A DNA stretch of 64,000 bases, from IMG/VR virus record IMGVR_UViG_3300031951_000103; one strand, written 5' to 3'. The position numbers were made by a program, and so were the translations under genes. Positions 16,890 to 28,100 of this stretch are shown here, one piece after another. Under the pieces are notes generated by a model, which did no database searches, was not told where the DNA came from, and worked only from the letters and a program-made list of their open reading frames with translations. Source of the stretch: an uncultured virus (IMG/VR IMGVR_UViG_3300031951_000103). Taxonomy: Duplodnaviria; Heunggongvirae; Uroviricota; Caudoviricetes. Position 1 is the first letter of the stretch; each line of letters begins with the position of its first letter.

Positions 16890-17922
16890 TTTAGAAAAAA
16901 TATTATATAGAATATTATTAGGATATTATTATATTTATATAGATAATGAAGAATATAAAGTAATAAGTCCTAATCTAACTATTAAATATCAAGCAGAAAT
17001 TTTATATGATAAAACTATAGAAGAAAATAAATTTGATAAAAGATTATTAACATCAAAAGAAATTGAAATGCAGTTAATAACAAATGGGGTCTGGAATCCA
17101 GAACTAGATAAAAGATTAACTATAGTAAAAGAAGATATTGATAATGCTAAGGTAGATATTTATTTAAACTTTTTAAATAGTACTAAAAAAAAGTTTTTAA
17201 AAAATAATCTATATATACAAGAAAAATTATTAAACGAATTATTATCTAAAAAAAATTGTTTAAATCATCTGAGCATAGAAGAACATGCGACTACTATAAA
17301 AAATGAATTTATATTAATGCAAACTATCTATGATAAAACAAATAATTTAGTATTTAATTATAATGATTCAACAATAGATTATACAAAATTACAAATTTTT
17401 ATTAGAGAAATTGTTAATGATATTATTACTATAGATGATATAAGATCTTTAGTGAAGTCAGATATATGGAAATCATATTCTTCTATTAGTAATTTAACTA
17501 AAGATATAATTGATATTAATGATGATTATAAACATTTAATAAATTTCCATAATATGTATAATAATGTTAGACAACACCCTGAATGTCCATCTGAGGATAT
17601 TATAAATGATGATATTGCTCTTGATGGATGGTTTATACATCAAAATAGAAAATCAGAAAAAGAGAAAAAGAAAAATGCTATTCTCGATAAAATTGGGGGT
17701 AATATAAAAGATAAGGCACAACATATCTTTGTTATGACCCAAAATGAAGAAGAGATAAAAGCTATTCAAGATCTCAATGGACCGGAAGAAAAACAATTTA
17801 TAAAGGAAGTTACGGAATATAGTAAGCAATTCCCAGGAACAAGATGGGAAGATATACCAGCAGTTAAGCGTAAAGCACAACTTGAGGCTCAACAAAAATG
17901 CTCTATTAATAAGAAGAAATAA
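16873..17922 (+). CDS. tail-module hypothetical protein (possible assembly chaperone)
   Basis: Long ORF between the tube genes and the tape measure gene. Confidence 0.45.
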   Translation: MTHHVNLEKILYRILLGYYYIYIDNEEYKVISPNLTIKYQAEILYDKTIEENKFDKRLLTSKEIEMQLITNGVWNPELDKRLTIVKEDIDNAKVDIYLNFLNSTKKKFLKNNLYIQEKLLNELLSKKNCLNHLSIEEHATTIKNEFILMQTIYDKTNNLVFNYNDSTIDYTKLQIFIREIVNDIITIDDIRSLVKSDIWKSYSSISNLTKDIIDINDDYKHLINFHNMYNNVRQHPECPSEDIINDDIALDGWFIHQNRKSEKEKKKNAILDKIGGNIKDKAQHIFVMTQNEEEIKAIQDLNGPEEKQFIKEVTEYSKQFPGTRWEDIPAVKRKAQLEAQQKCSINKKK

Positions 17923-17924
17923 TT

Positions 17925-18251
17925 ATGAAAAAAAATAATTCTAGAAAAAGTGTTATTCAACAGTTATCTAAAAGATTTCAAACCACGATCATTGGTTCTT
18001 TGGCTCGCTTCGAAGATCAATTTGGATATTTGTGGGGATTAAATTCTGATAAAGAATTAACAGATAGACAAAAAGAATTTTTAGATTTGTGGGAATATAC
18101 TAGAACATCTATATTAAATCATGGCAATAATCAAATGAGAGATGCTATAGATGAAGTTGTAGATTATTTGGAACAAGAAACAGATATAGCTAGACACAGA
18201 TTAACTTTTATAAACCCATTAAATAAACAAGACCATCACAGAGAGGAATAA
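17925..18251 (+). CDS. hypothetical protein
   Basis: ORF track, operon-packed. Confidence 0.6.
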   Translation: MKKNNSRKSVIQQLSKRFQTTIIGSLARFEDQFGYLWGLNSDKELTDRQKEFLDLWEYTRTSILNHGNNQMRDAIDEVVDYLEQETDIARHRLTFINPLNKQDHHREE

Positions 18252-18252
18252 T

Positions 18253-19116
18253 ATGAATATTGATTCATTTTCGATAACTATTGATAATAAGGAACAAAAT
18301 TTTACCATTAGATCAGCTTCTTTAGCAGATCAGAGAGAGGCCCAAAAAGTATATAATCAGGCTTTCTCTGATGCTGTTAAATCTGGCTGTATTGTTAGAG
18401 CTAGACTAGACGATCTTTTAAAAGAGCAAGGATTATGGGATGAAAGCAAACAGGCTAAACTTAACAATATTCAACAACAAATTTCTGATAGCGAAAAGAG
18501 TTTGGCTAAAGGCGGAATTAGCCTAAAAGCGGCTAAAGAAATAGCTATTAAAATTAAAGAACTTAGAGAAGATCTTAGAGATTTAATTTCTGTTAGAACT
18601 AATTTGGACAATCACACAGCAGAAGGACAAGCCGATAACGCTAGATTTAACTATTTAATCTCATGCTGCTTGGTGTATTCTGATAATAAAGAAAAGAAGT
18701 TTTTTAAAGATTATGCAGACTATTTAGCAAGAGCGGCCGAACCTATAGCTATTAAAGCAGCACAGGTTCTAGCCAACATGATGTATGGTTTGGATAATGA
18801 TTATGAAAAGAAACTTCCAGAAAATAAATTTTTGATTAAATATAAATTTGTTGACGATAATTTACGTTTGGTTGATAAAGAAGGTCGTTTAGTCGATAGC
18901 GAAGGAAGGCTTATTGACCAGAGTGGCCGCTTTATTAATGAAAAAGGCGAGTTTGTTGATAAAAATGGCAACCTGGTAGATGTTAATGGAGATTATGTAG
19001 CAGACTTTGCACCATTTACAGATGATAATGGCAATCCTATTATTTTAGAGGAAGATAAGGAAAAAGTTAATAATGTTTCAAAATCATCATCAACAGAACC
19101 AGTTGCTTCGTCTTGA
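18253..19116 (+). CDS. tail assembly chaperone-like protein with C-terminal 7-residue DxxG repeats
   Basis: Immediately upstream of the tape measure gene; GAGG RBS. Confidence 0.55.
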   Translation: MNIDSFSITIDNKEQNFTIRSASLADQREAQKVYNQAFSDAVKSGCIVRARLDDLLKEQGLWDESKQAKLNNIQQQISDSEKSLAKGGISLKAAKEIAIKIKELREDLRDLISVRTNLDNHTAEGQADNARFNYLISCCLVYSDNKEKKFFKDYADYLARAAEPIAIKAAQVLANMMYGLDNDYEKKLPENKFLIKYKFVDDNLRLVDKEGRLVDSEGRLIDQSGRFINEKGEFVDKNGNLVDVNGDYVADFAPFTDDNGNPIILEEDKEKVNNVSKSSSTEPVASS

Positions 19117-19143
19117 AATAATATTTCTTAAACCAACTACTTT

Positions 19144-19175
19144 AAGGCATCATAGTCAAACTGTGATGCCTTTTT
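19144..19175 (+). terminator. intrinsic terminator/attenuator before the tape measure gene
   Basis: AAGGCATCATAG-TCAAA-CTGTGATGCCTT hairpin plus T-run. Confidence 0.8.
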
Positions 19176-19195
19176 GTTTTTAAGGATTTATACTA

Positions 19196-22100
19196 ATGGC
19201 AGCATTTAATCTTACAGCAGAACTAAATTTAAGAGGCCCATCTAATATTAACCAGGTTGTTGGCAATATTAGAAGACAATTATCTACTCTTACTTTAGAT
19301 TTAAATATTAATCCTAATACTTCTAGAGGTGTTCAGGCTGTTACTGCAAATATTAGAACGTTGAGCACCGCATTAAGAGATGCTCAGAGCAATGCGGCGG
19401 CTTTATCTACCACATTATCTAATTTAGTTACCACTATCAATAACGCTGGTAATGCGGCTGCTAATGCTGGTAATGCCTTAAATAGATTAAATACTCAAAC
19501 AAGAGCCGCTCAAGCTGCTGCTAGAGATGGAGCAACAGCAATGGAGAACTTTGGTGCTCAATCTGCTCTTGCTATTCGTAGATTTGCCGCTTTTAGTGTT
19601 GCTACTGGAGCAGTTTATTCATTTACTCGTGCCTTATCATCAGCATATTCAGAATTTATTAATTTTAATAAAGAATTTGTTAGATTACAACAGGTTACCA
19701 ACTCATCTGCTTCCGGTCTTGCTGGATTATCACAAGAAATCACCAGACTATCTACTGGTCTTGGCGTTAGTTCATCAGAACTATTAACAGTATCATCAAC
19801 TTTAGCACAGGCTGGCTTATCGGCTAATCAAACTAAAACAGCACTAGAAGCATTGGCAAAATCCGCTCTTGCCCCATCTTTTGATAACTTAAATGAAACA
19901 GTAGAAGGTAGTATTGCTTTAATGAGACAGTTTGGATTAAGCGCTGGTGACTTAGAATCAGCGTTAGGGTCGATTAACGCGGTCGCTGCTAAATTTGCTG
20001 TAGAATCCAGTGATATTATTACTGCTATTCAGCGTACTGGTGGTGTTTTTGCTTCGGCTAGTAAAGGAGTAAGTCAAGGCAAAGATGCTCTTAATGAATT
20101 TATTGCTGTATTTACAAGTGTTCGTGCTACTACTCGTGAAAGCGCAGAAACTATCGCTACTGGCCTGCGAACAATCTTTACTCGTATTCAACGAGGAAAT
20201 ACAATACAAGCATTAAAAGAGTATGGTATTACATTAACAGATTTAGAAGGCAAGTTCGTTGGACCATATGAGGCTGTTCGTAGACTTAGTGAAGGCTTAA
20301 GAGGATTAGATCCTAGAGACTTAAGATTTAGTGAAATTGTTGAAGAACTTGGTGGATTTAGACAAATTGGTAAAGTTATTCCATTAATTCAACAATTTGC
20401 TACAGCACAACAAGCATTAAGTGTTGCTCAAAGAGGAGCAGGATCATTAGCAGGAGATGCTGCCAAAGCACAAGAATCATTAGCTATTAGAGTAAATAAA
20501 GTAAGAGAAGAATTTATTGCATTAATTAGAGATATTGGACAAACACAAAGTTTTCAAAAGTTCGTTGATATATCTTTACAACTAGCTAGCGCATTAATTT
20601 CAGTAGCATCTGCTGCGAAAGATGTTTTGCCTGCTATAACTGCTATAGCAGCGATTAGAGCGGTTCCAGCAATAGCACAATTTGCTGGAGGATTTGGTCG
20701 TGGAATAACAAGAAGGAATGAAGGTGGTCCTATTAGAAAATTTGCTACTGGAGGCCTGGTTCCTGGTAGTGGCAATAGAGATACTGTTCCTGCGATGTTA
20801 ACCCCAGGAGAATTTGTTATTAGGAAAAAGGCTGTTGAAACAATTGGAGCTAGTAATTTAGCCAGGATGAATGTTGGTGGCAAAGTTCAAAAATTTGAAG
20901 ATGGTGGATATGTAGAAGGTTCAGCGTTAAGAGCATTAAAACAATTAACCAGAGATTTCTTAATGCCAAAATCAAGAAAAGGAGGAAGAAGAAAAATATC
21001 TTTTGTGGGCCAACAAGCAGTTTCTATATCCAAAAATATTTCACCAGAACTATTAAAACAAATAGAAGAAGAAGGAAGACTTGTTTATGGTACCGGCTTA
21101 GGCGCCTTAGCAAAAGGCGATCCTGGATTAATAGTAGATAAAATTATTAATGTTGCTTTAGCTAAAACACAAAAACAAAAAGAAGGAAGACTTAAAAAAA
21201 CACAAGGAGCCTTAACATTTAGTGCTGCCGGATTACAACGTGGTCCGCGAGCACCAAAAGGACAAATGGAAAAGGCATTAGTCAGATATCAGCAAGATCC
21301 AGAATATCGTAAAGCTATGGGCCTAGGAGCTTCAGGAGATGTTCTTCAAGCATTATCAGCATTTAGAAAAAGCGGAGGACAAACTAGTTTAGCTGGTGTT
21401 TTTTCTGAAGAAGCTATATCAAAAATTGAATCAGGAATACCTCGATATATAGCCGCATTAGGAAATGAACCACAAAAAATAGCAAAAGCAAAAACAGCTC
21501 AACAATATCTTAGATCTTTTGCTGGAGGAGCTACTGCTAGTAAGGCCGGACATGCAACAGCATTTAGTGAAACCATTAATCAGATGTTAAAGTCTGGTAT
21601 AATTCAAGAGTTTGCTGATGGGGGTTTTGTTCAAAAATTTGCTCAAAAACAACCGAAATATAATTCTGGATTAGTTAAGTCGGTTCAAAAAGCTGGTAGT
21701 TTTGAAAATTTAATTAATCAAAATATGGTAGACAGTAACGGTAATTATAATTTTGGTTTAGTTTCTCTAAGATCTGGTACAAAAACTGGTAGTAGAACAG
21801 AAACTCGTCCTATTGAGGGCACTGATAAAATAGCTCGTATTAATGTTGGTGTTCTATCTGATGTGAATAACTTTAATAAACAGATTGAAAAAGATATAAC
21901 TAGTAAATTAAAAGAATCTATTTTTAATACTGGCAAAATGTTATCTGGTAAATTAAGAGGTAGTAGTAAAATCAGTCTTAGTAGTACTAAACAGGCTTTA
22001 GGAGGAGCTACTCTTAGTAGTGCAACCGGAAGTATATTCGAAGCAGCACTACAAATGGTTGGTGCTCCTTATGTAGATAAAATCGAATCTATTAAATCTA

Positions 22101-25100
22101 TGGATTTTCCATTTGGATTAGGACCAGCAGCTCCATTATTTGGCGCGGGTTTTCCACAGCAAGTTCCTACTGATGCTACTAGAACTATTGGAGGAAGTGG
22201 CAAAGGAATATCTGATTTTATGGAACAAGTTAGTAGATTTGTTAAAGCTACAGAAACAGGTAAGTTTACAAAATCGCTTGGATCTCCCATTGGTACTCCA
22301 TCAAGTCTAATATCCTCTAGACTTATATCTCAAATTAAAACACCAGCTCAAATTGAAAAAGTAAATGAAATTTTAAGACGATTTCAAATACCTAATTTTA
22401 GAATTGGTGATCTTTCTGATCCTAAAAAACTATCCAAGTATGAGAGTATTTTAAATAAATCACTACAAAGAAATCCTAATGCTATTCAAGCTTTAGAGGT
22501 TGAACAGTTCGCTACAGGAGGTTCTGTACAAGATACTGTACCAGCTCTTTTAACTCCTGGTGAATTTGTAATAAATAAAACAGCGGCACAAAGAATAGGA
22601 TATAGTCAACTTAATAGATTAAATAAGGCAGATAAAGTACAGGGATTTAATAAAGGAGGCGCTGTTGGTAACATACAAAATTTTGCGAATGGTGGTATGG
22701 TTCAGTCATTTTTTATTGGAGGAGCAGTACAGGCTGGATCACAAATTATTCGACAATTACCACAGTTAGCAACAGCGATAGCTCAGGCAGTTAGAATATT
22801 GCCAAGAAATTTACCGCAAGGAAATGGGTGGTTAGCGTCTAATACTGGCACAAGAGCTATGGGATTACCTCAAAGTAGAGGAGGAATGTTGAGAAACTTA
22901 TTATCAGATCCTATGTCATTAGTATTTGGTTCTGGCTTACTAGGAGAGGGTATAAGTGGGGTTATAGGAGGTAAAAGAGGAGAAGCGGCTGGATCTGCAT
23001 TTGCTGGAGGTGCTGGAGTAGCTGGCGTTGTTGCTAGTATTGTTGGAGTAACAACGCCGTTTGGATTATTGGCAACAGCAACCACTGGATTAATAGCTGG
23101 TTTTAATGCGTATAATAAATCTATTAGAGATTCTAATATAGCAGAAAATAATAAAAAGGTTGAGGATTCTTCTGAAAGATTATCTCAAACATTAGATAAA
23201 CTATCTCAATCCGGAAAGATTACGTCTACTTCTCTAGACTCAATAAGAACAGAAATTGGATCTATTATATCCGCTCAACAGGAGAATATTAGAAGTAGAA
23301 CAGAAGAGGCTCAGCCAGGAATAATGTCAAATATCACTGAGGCTTTATACAATATAGGAACTACTTTTGGATTAGCTCCATCTTCTGGAGCTGGTAGAAT
23401 TGATAGAGGAGCATTAAGTCAAAATTTATTTAGCGAAAGTAAAACTGGGGCCGAACAAATTGCTCAAACCTTTTCTACTCTTATGCAAAGAGGAATGACA
23501 TTTAACCAAATTTCTGCTAAACTAGATACAGGAGCTAAGGTTGAGATACCAGGATTAAGAGATATTCTTGGAGAAGAAAGAACTCCACAAATATCAGAGC
23601 TGAGTAGATCTCTTGCTATTGCGCAAAGAGGCACGCAAATTACAGATCTAGAGGCTAAGCTTGCAGATTTGATAGAAAGTCGTAATAGTTTAGCGTCTTT
23701 TGATCCTGGAAGAGAAGTTTTTGATATCAGAATCAAAGAAACTGCTCAAGCCTATGCGTTAGCTATTAATGCATCTAATGCTGAACTTCAAAGACAACAA
23801 CAAGAATTAAATAATGTACAAAAAGCAACAGCTGTGGTCGTATCAAGATTAAATCTTTTTGCTGAAGCAATGAAAAATGTTGATGCTGCTACTATTAGAG
23901 CTTCCTCTGAATTTGAAGAAGCTCAAAGACAAATTGATGTTGGTGTTGGCTCCAGATTAGGAGGTCGTGCGACTATTGCTCAACCAAGCAGAATGAATGA
24001 GGCGGTATTAGAAAATCTTAGAGCATATTCTCCAGAAGAAATTAGTAGAACTATTAGTCAATTTGGTCAAAATCTTAATTTAAATCCTGAGTTTACGAAA
24101 AGAGCACAAGGAGCAGCATTATCACAAAGAGTATTACAAACAGATTTACCAAAAATATTAAATAGCATAGCAGCAGAAGAAAGAGATGCAAACTTTGGAG
24201 ACACTAGTAGAGCAAATACAATAAGAAATCAATTAAAAGAGGCATTAAAGGCAGGAGGTGTTACTGATACTACAGAAATAGATCGTGTTATTGAAGACGT
24301 TATTACTAATATAGAGAAACTTGGTAAGGGCGAAATTACATTTGATACTATCGCAGCTAATAGCGAAACTTTTGCTAAATTATTTAAAACTAATTCTGAG
24401 GCCCTTCAAGCTTATTCAAATGTTGTAAAATCTGCTAATAATATATTTGCAAATTTTGTTTCTAAAATAAATGAATATTCTAATGCTATAGAACAATCTA
24501 TTAACACTCAACTACAAGCTAATCAAATTAGAGCTGGTGGAGATATACAACTTAGAGAAGCATTAGGACAAAGGGTTTCTCTAAATGAACGTAATCAATT
24601 ATTTAATAATGAAATATTAGGAATGACAGCAACTATTGGGGCTGGTAACAGACCAATTGCTGGTACTGGAACTACCGACCCTAATGAAATAGCCAGAAGA
24701 TTAGCGGCTGCCGAGCAAAGAAAAAGAGAGTTAGAAGCTCAATCAACAACCGGCGGGCCACAAAAATTTGCTAGTGAATTATCTCAAGTTACAATACAGA
24801 TTAATCAATATGAAAACGCTCTTAAAAAGTTAGCTAATGATACTAATAGAGCGGCCAATGCTTTAAATGAAATTAGTAGATTAAGACAACTTAGAGAGAC
24901 CAGAAGAGAATCATTCTTAGATTTTGCTAGTAATCTTAATGATCCAGAATACATGACCAACTTTATGCAACAAGCAGCATCATTAAGCGCTGTGATGTCT
25001 GGTCGTGGTACTATGGATGATATTAGATCTGCTAGAGAAGGATTCCAAAGACGAGTATCAGCAGGATTTGTTAGTCAAGATCAATTGCAAATAGAAAGTA

Positions 25101-28100
25101 CACAACTTACTCAACAGATTGTGGCTATCTTGGAAAGAGCTATGGGTGGACCACTACCACAAGGATTAAGAGAACAAATAGCATCAGATTTTGGAACTCT
25201 TCCAGAAGAGCAAAATGCTATTAAAGAATATAAAGATGCCACAGAGGCTCAAGCGCGAGCTACTGAAATTATGGGAATAAGAATGCAAGAAGGAGCAAAT
25301 TATCTATTTACTAAGGTTAGAGAAGCTGGAGATTTATGGGTTGCTGCTGTACGACTATCTGCTAATCAAGCAGCAGCACAAATGGCGGCTCCTCCTGGCG
25401 CGCCAGTTCAACAAGCAGGAGCAAAAGCTAAGGGAGGATTAATATACGCTAATGAAGGACAATATATAGATTTTCAACCAAAAGGCACTGATACTGTGCC
25501 TGCAATGTTAACTCCCGGAGAATTTGTGGTCAATGCTAAGGCTACTAAAAAGAATCTTGGATTATTAAAACAAATTAATTCTAGTGGTAAAGCTAGCGGA
25601 TTTAGTAAGGGCGGTGTGGTTTATTTGGCTGATGGTGGACAAGTAGAAGCAATAGAAAGAGATAGAAGACAATATAGTCTGAATATACAAAGTTTGAAAG
25701 CACAAAGAGATTCTCTTGGTTATTTGGGTGTTGATGGACAATTTGTGTGGAATGCACAATCAGGAGCATCAAAAGAATTTGCCGAAAAAAGATATAATGA
25801 AATTGAAACAGAAATACAAAAGGCAGAACAAGAATTAGCTAATTTTAATAATAAGTACCCAGAAACTCCAAAACCACCAGCACAACAACAAGCAGAACAA
25901 CAGAGACAGCAAGCTCAACAACAACAACAACAACAAGTTCCACTTTCTCCTAAGCAAAAAGCTCAACAAGAAAAAGAACGCCGTAAGCAAGCTGTATTAG
26001 ATGAAAAAGAACGTCGTAAACAAGCTGCTATGGCTAATAATCCTGGATATGCTGCTAGAGTAGGGAGAGAACAAGCTAAACAACAAAAAGAACAGATGGA
26101 GGCGGTACAAAGATTTCCTGATCTTGATCCAAAAGATGCTATAAAAGAATATAGGAAAGAAAAAAGAGCTAGAGTGCAAGAAATGAACGAAAGATATGGA
26201 CGTTCTGTATCTATATTTACGTCCTCTAATAATAGACAAACAGATGATGTTAAAATAGAAGAATCAATAGGACCAATTTTATCTCAAACAGAAGTAGAAG
26301 CTATAGAACGTAAAACTTATGGAGGATTAACAAAGGCAGAGTATGATAATCAAAGAAAGCAAGAGGAAGAAGCTAGACGAGCTAGACTTGATGAAATACA
26401 AGCTTCTGTAGCCTCCACAGAAACACCTGAAGCTAAACTAGAAGAACAGAGAAGAAATAAAATAATAGCTGATTATGAAGCTCAACAAAAGATAGATAAA
26501 GAAAAAAGAAACAAAAGTATAGCTGAAAGACAAGCCAGGGATGCCGAAGCTAGAAATAGAGGATTTAGAGATGCTGCACAAGAAGCTGGTGTTAAAGCCA
26601 AAGAAAAAGCTGAGGCTAAAATAGCAGAACAACGAGCAACAGATAAAGAAAAAAGAGCAGCTGATAAAGCTAGCATAGAAGCAGGAACAAATGCTGGTGT
26701 TTCTAAAACACAAAGAATACAAGAATTATTAGCCACAGATCCTGCTTATGAAAATCAAAGAAAAGATTTTGCTTTAACTGAATATATTAAAACAAGAATA
26801 CAAGAAAAATATTCAGATGATTTAACAGATAAAAAAGACCCAGCTAGAGATCGTGCAAATTTAGAAAGACTAATATCTGATGCTACTGCTGATTATAATG
26901 CTAAACGAAGACAACTACAAGAACAAGCTAATGTAAGTAAAGAAAAATTTGCAAACCAAAATGTACAGATAGGTCTTCAACAATTTCAAGAAGGAGTTGA
27001 TAAGAGTCCATTAGTAGCTGCTGGCACCGCTATACCAAAAGCTGGATACGGAGTAATTAGGGCCGGTGTTGGCTATACTGTAGCAGGAGCGATGGCATTA
27101 AAAAATCTTAATCCAGCCAATAGACCAGAGGATATAGCTTTTAATAATGAAATTATTAATTCAGCAATGGCCCAGGGAGAAGCGGGATTACAAACAATAC
27201 TAGCTACTGGTGCTGATCTTGGATATAAATTAGGATTAGATAATTTAGACCTAATTACTACACCCGAAGCATATGGTATGGGGCCTGCTGGGGCTGGTTT
27301 GCGTCCAAGAATGACCATGATGGAAGAATCTGATAAACAACCTTCCAATATAGAAGCATCAACAGAACCATCTAGAGGATTGTTTGATAAACAAGGACGA
27401 GGAGATGCTCAGGCTAGAGCCGCAATTGCTAATTTTATAGCTAGTGGTCCACGCACATCAGCTTATGCTGGAATTGTAGGAGATGCATCGACAACACCCT
27501 CTGCTATAATACAACCTAAAAGAAATAAAACACCAGGAGCCTATCAAGCAACAGCAGAAATGGCCAGAGCTAGAATTAATCAAATTAATGAACAAGAAGC
27601 TAATAAAGCAAGAGGGGCATACTCTACAGAAGCTATCAAACAAAACAAAACTATAAGAGCTTTTGAAGAATCGGTCATTGGTCAAACGCTAGGGCTTTCT
27701 CCGGGTTCACTTGGAGAATTAGTAACGGCAGAAAACGTACAACGAGGAGCAACAAATATTGCTCAAGTTGCTGGTGAAGGAGCTATTGATGCTTTTGGTG
27801 GCGCTAGCTCATTGGTAAAAAGTGGAGAAGCAGCTGTTGCTAAAGGATTAACACGAGCAGCTAGTGCTACTAATAGAGGCATAGAGAGAGTTGGTGGTAA
27901 ACTAGTAGATATTGCTGAAGCTGGAATAGAATCTGCTCGCACCAACGCCCCATTATTACCTCAATTACCGCTACCAAAAATTGGTTCAAAAATCACAGAA
28001 GCTTTAAAAGCAAGACGAGTTGCTAGAGAAACTAGAAGAGGACAAGGAGCTCTTACTAGAGAAGCTTTAGAAACAGCAGAAAAAAATGCAAATTTAGCCG

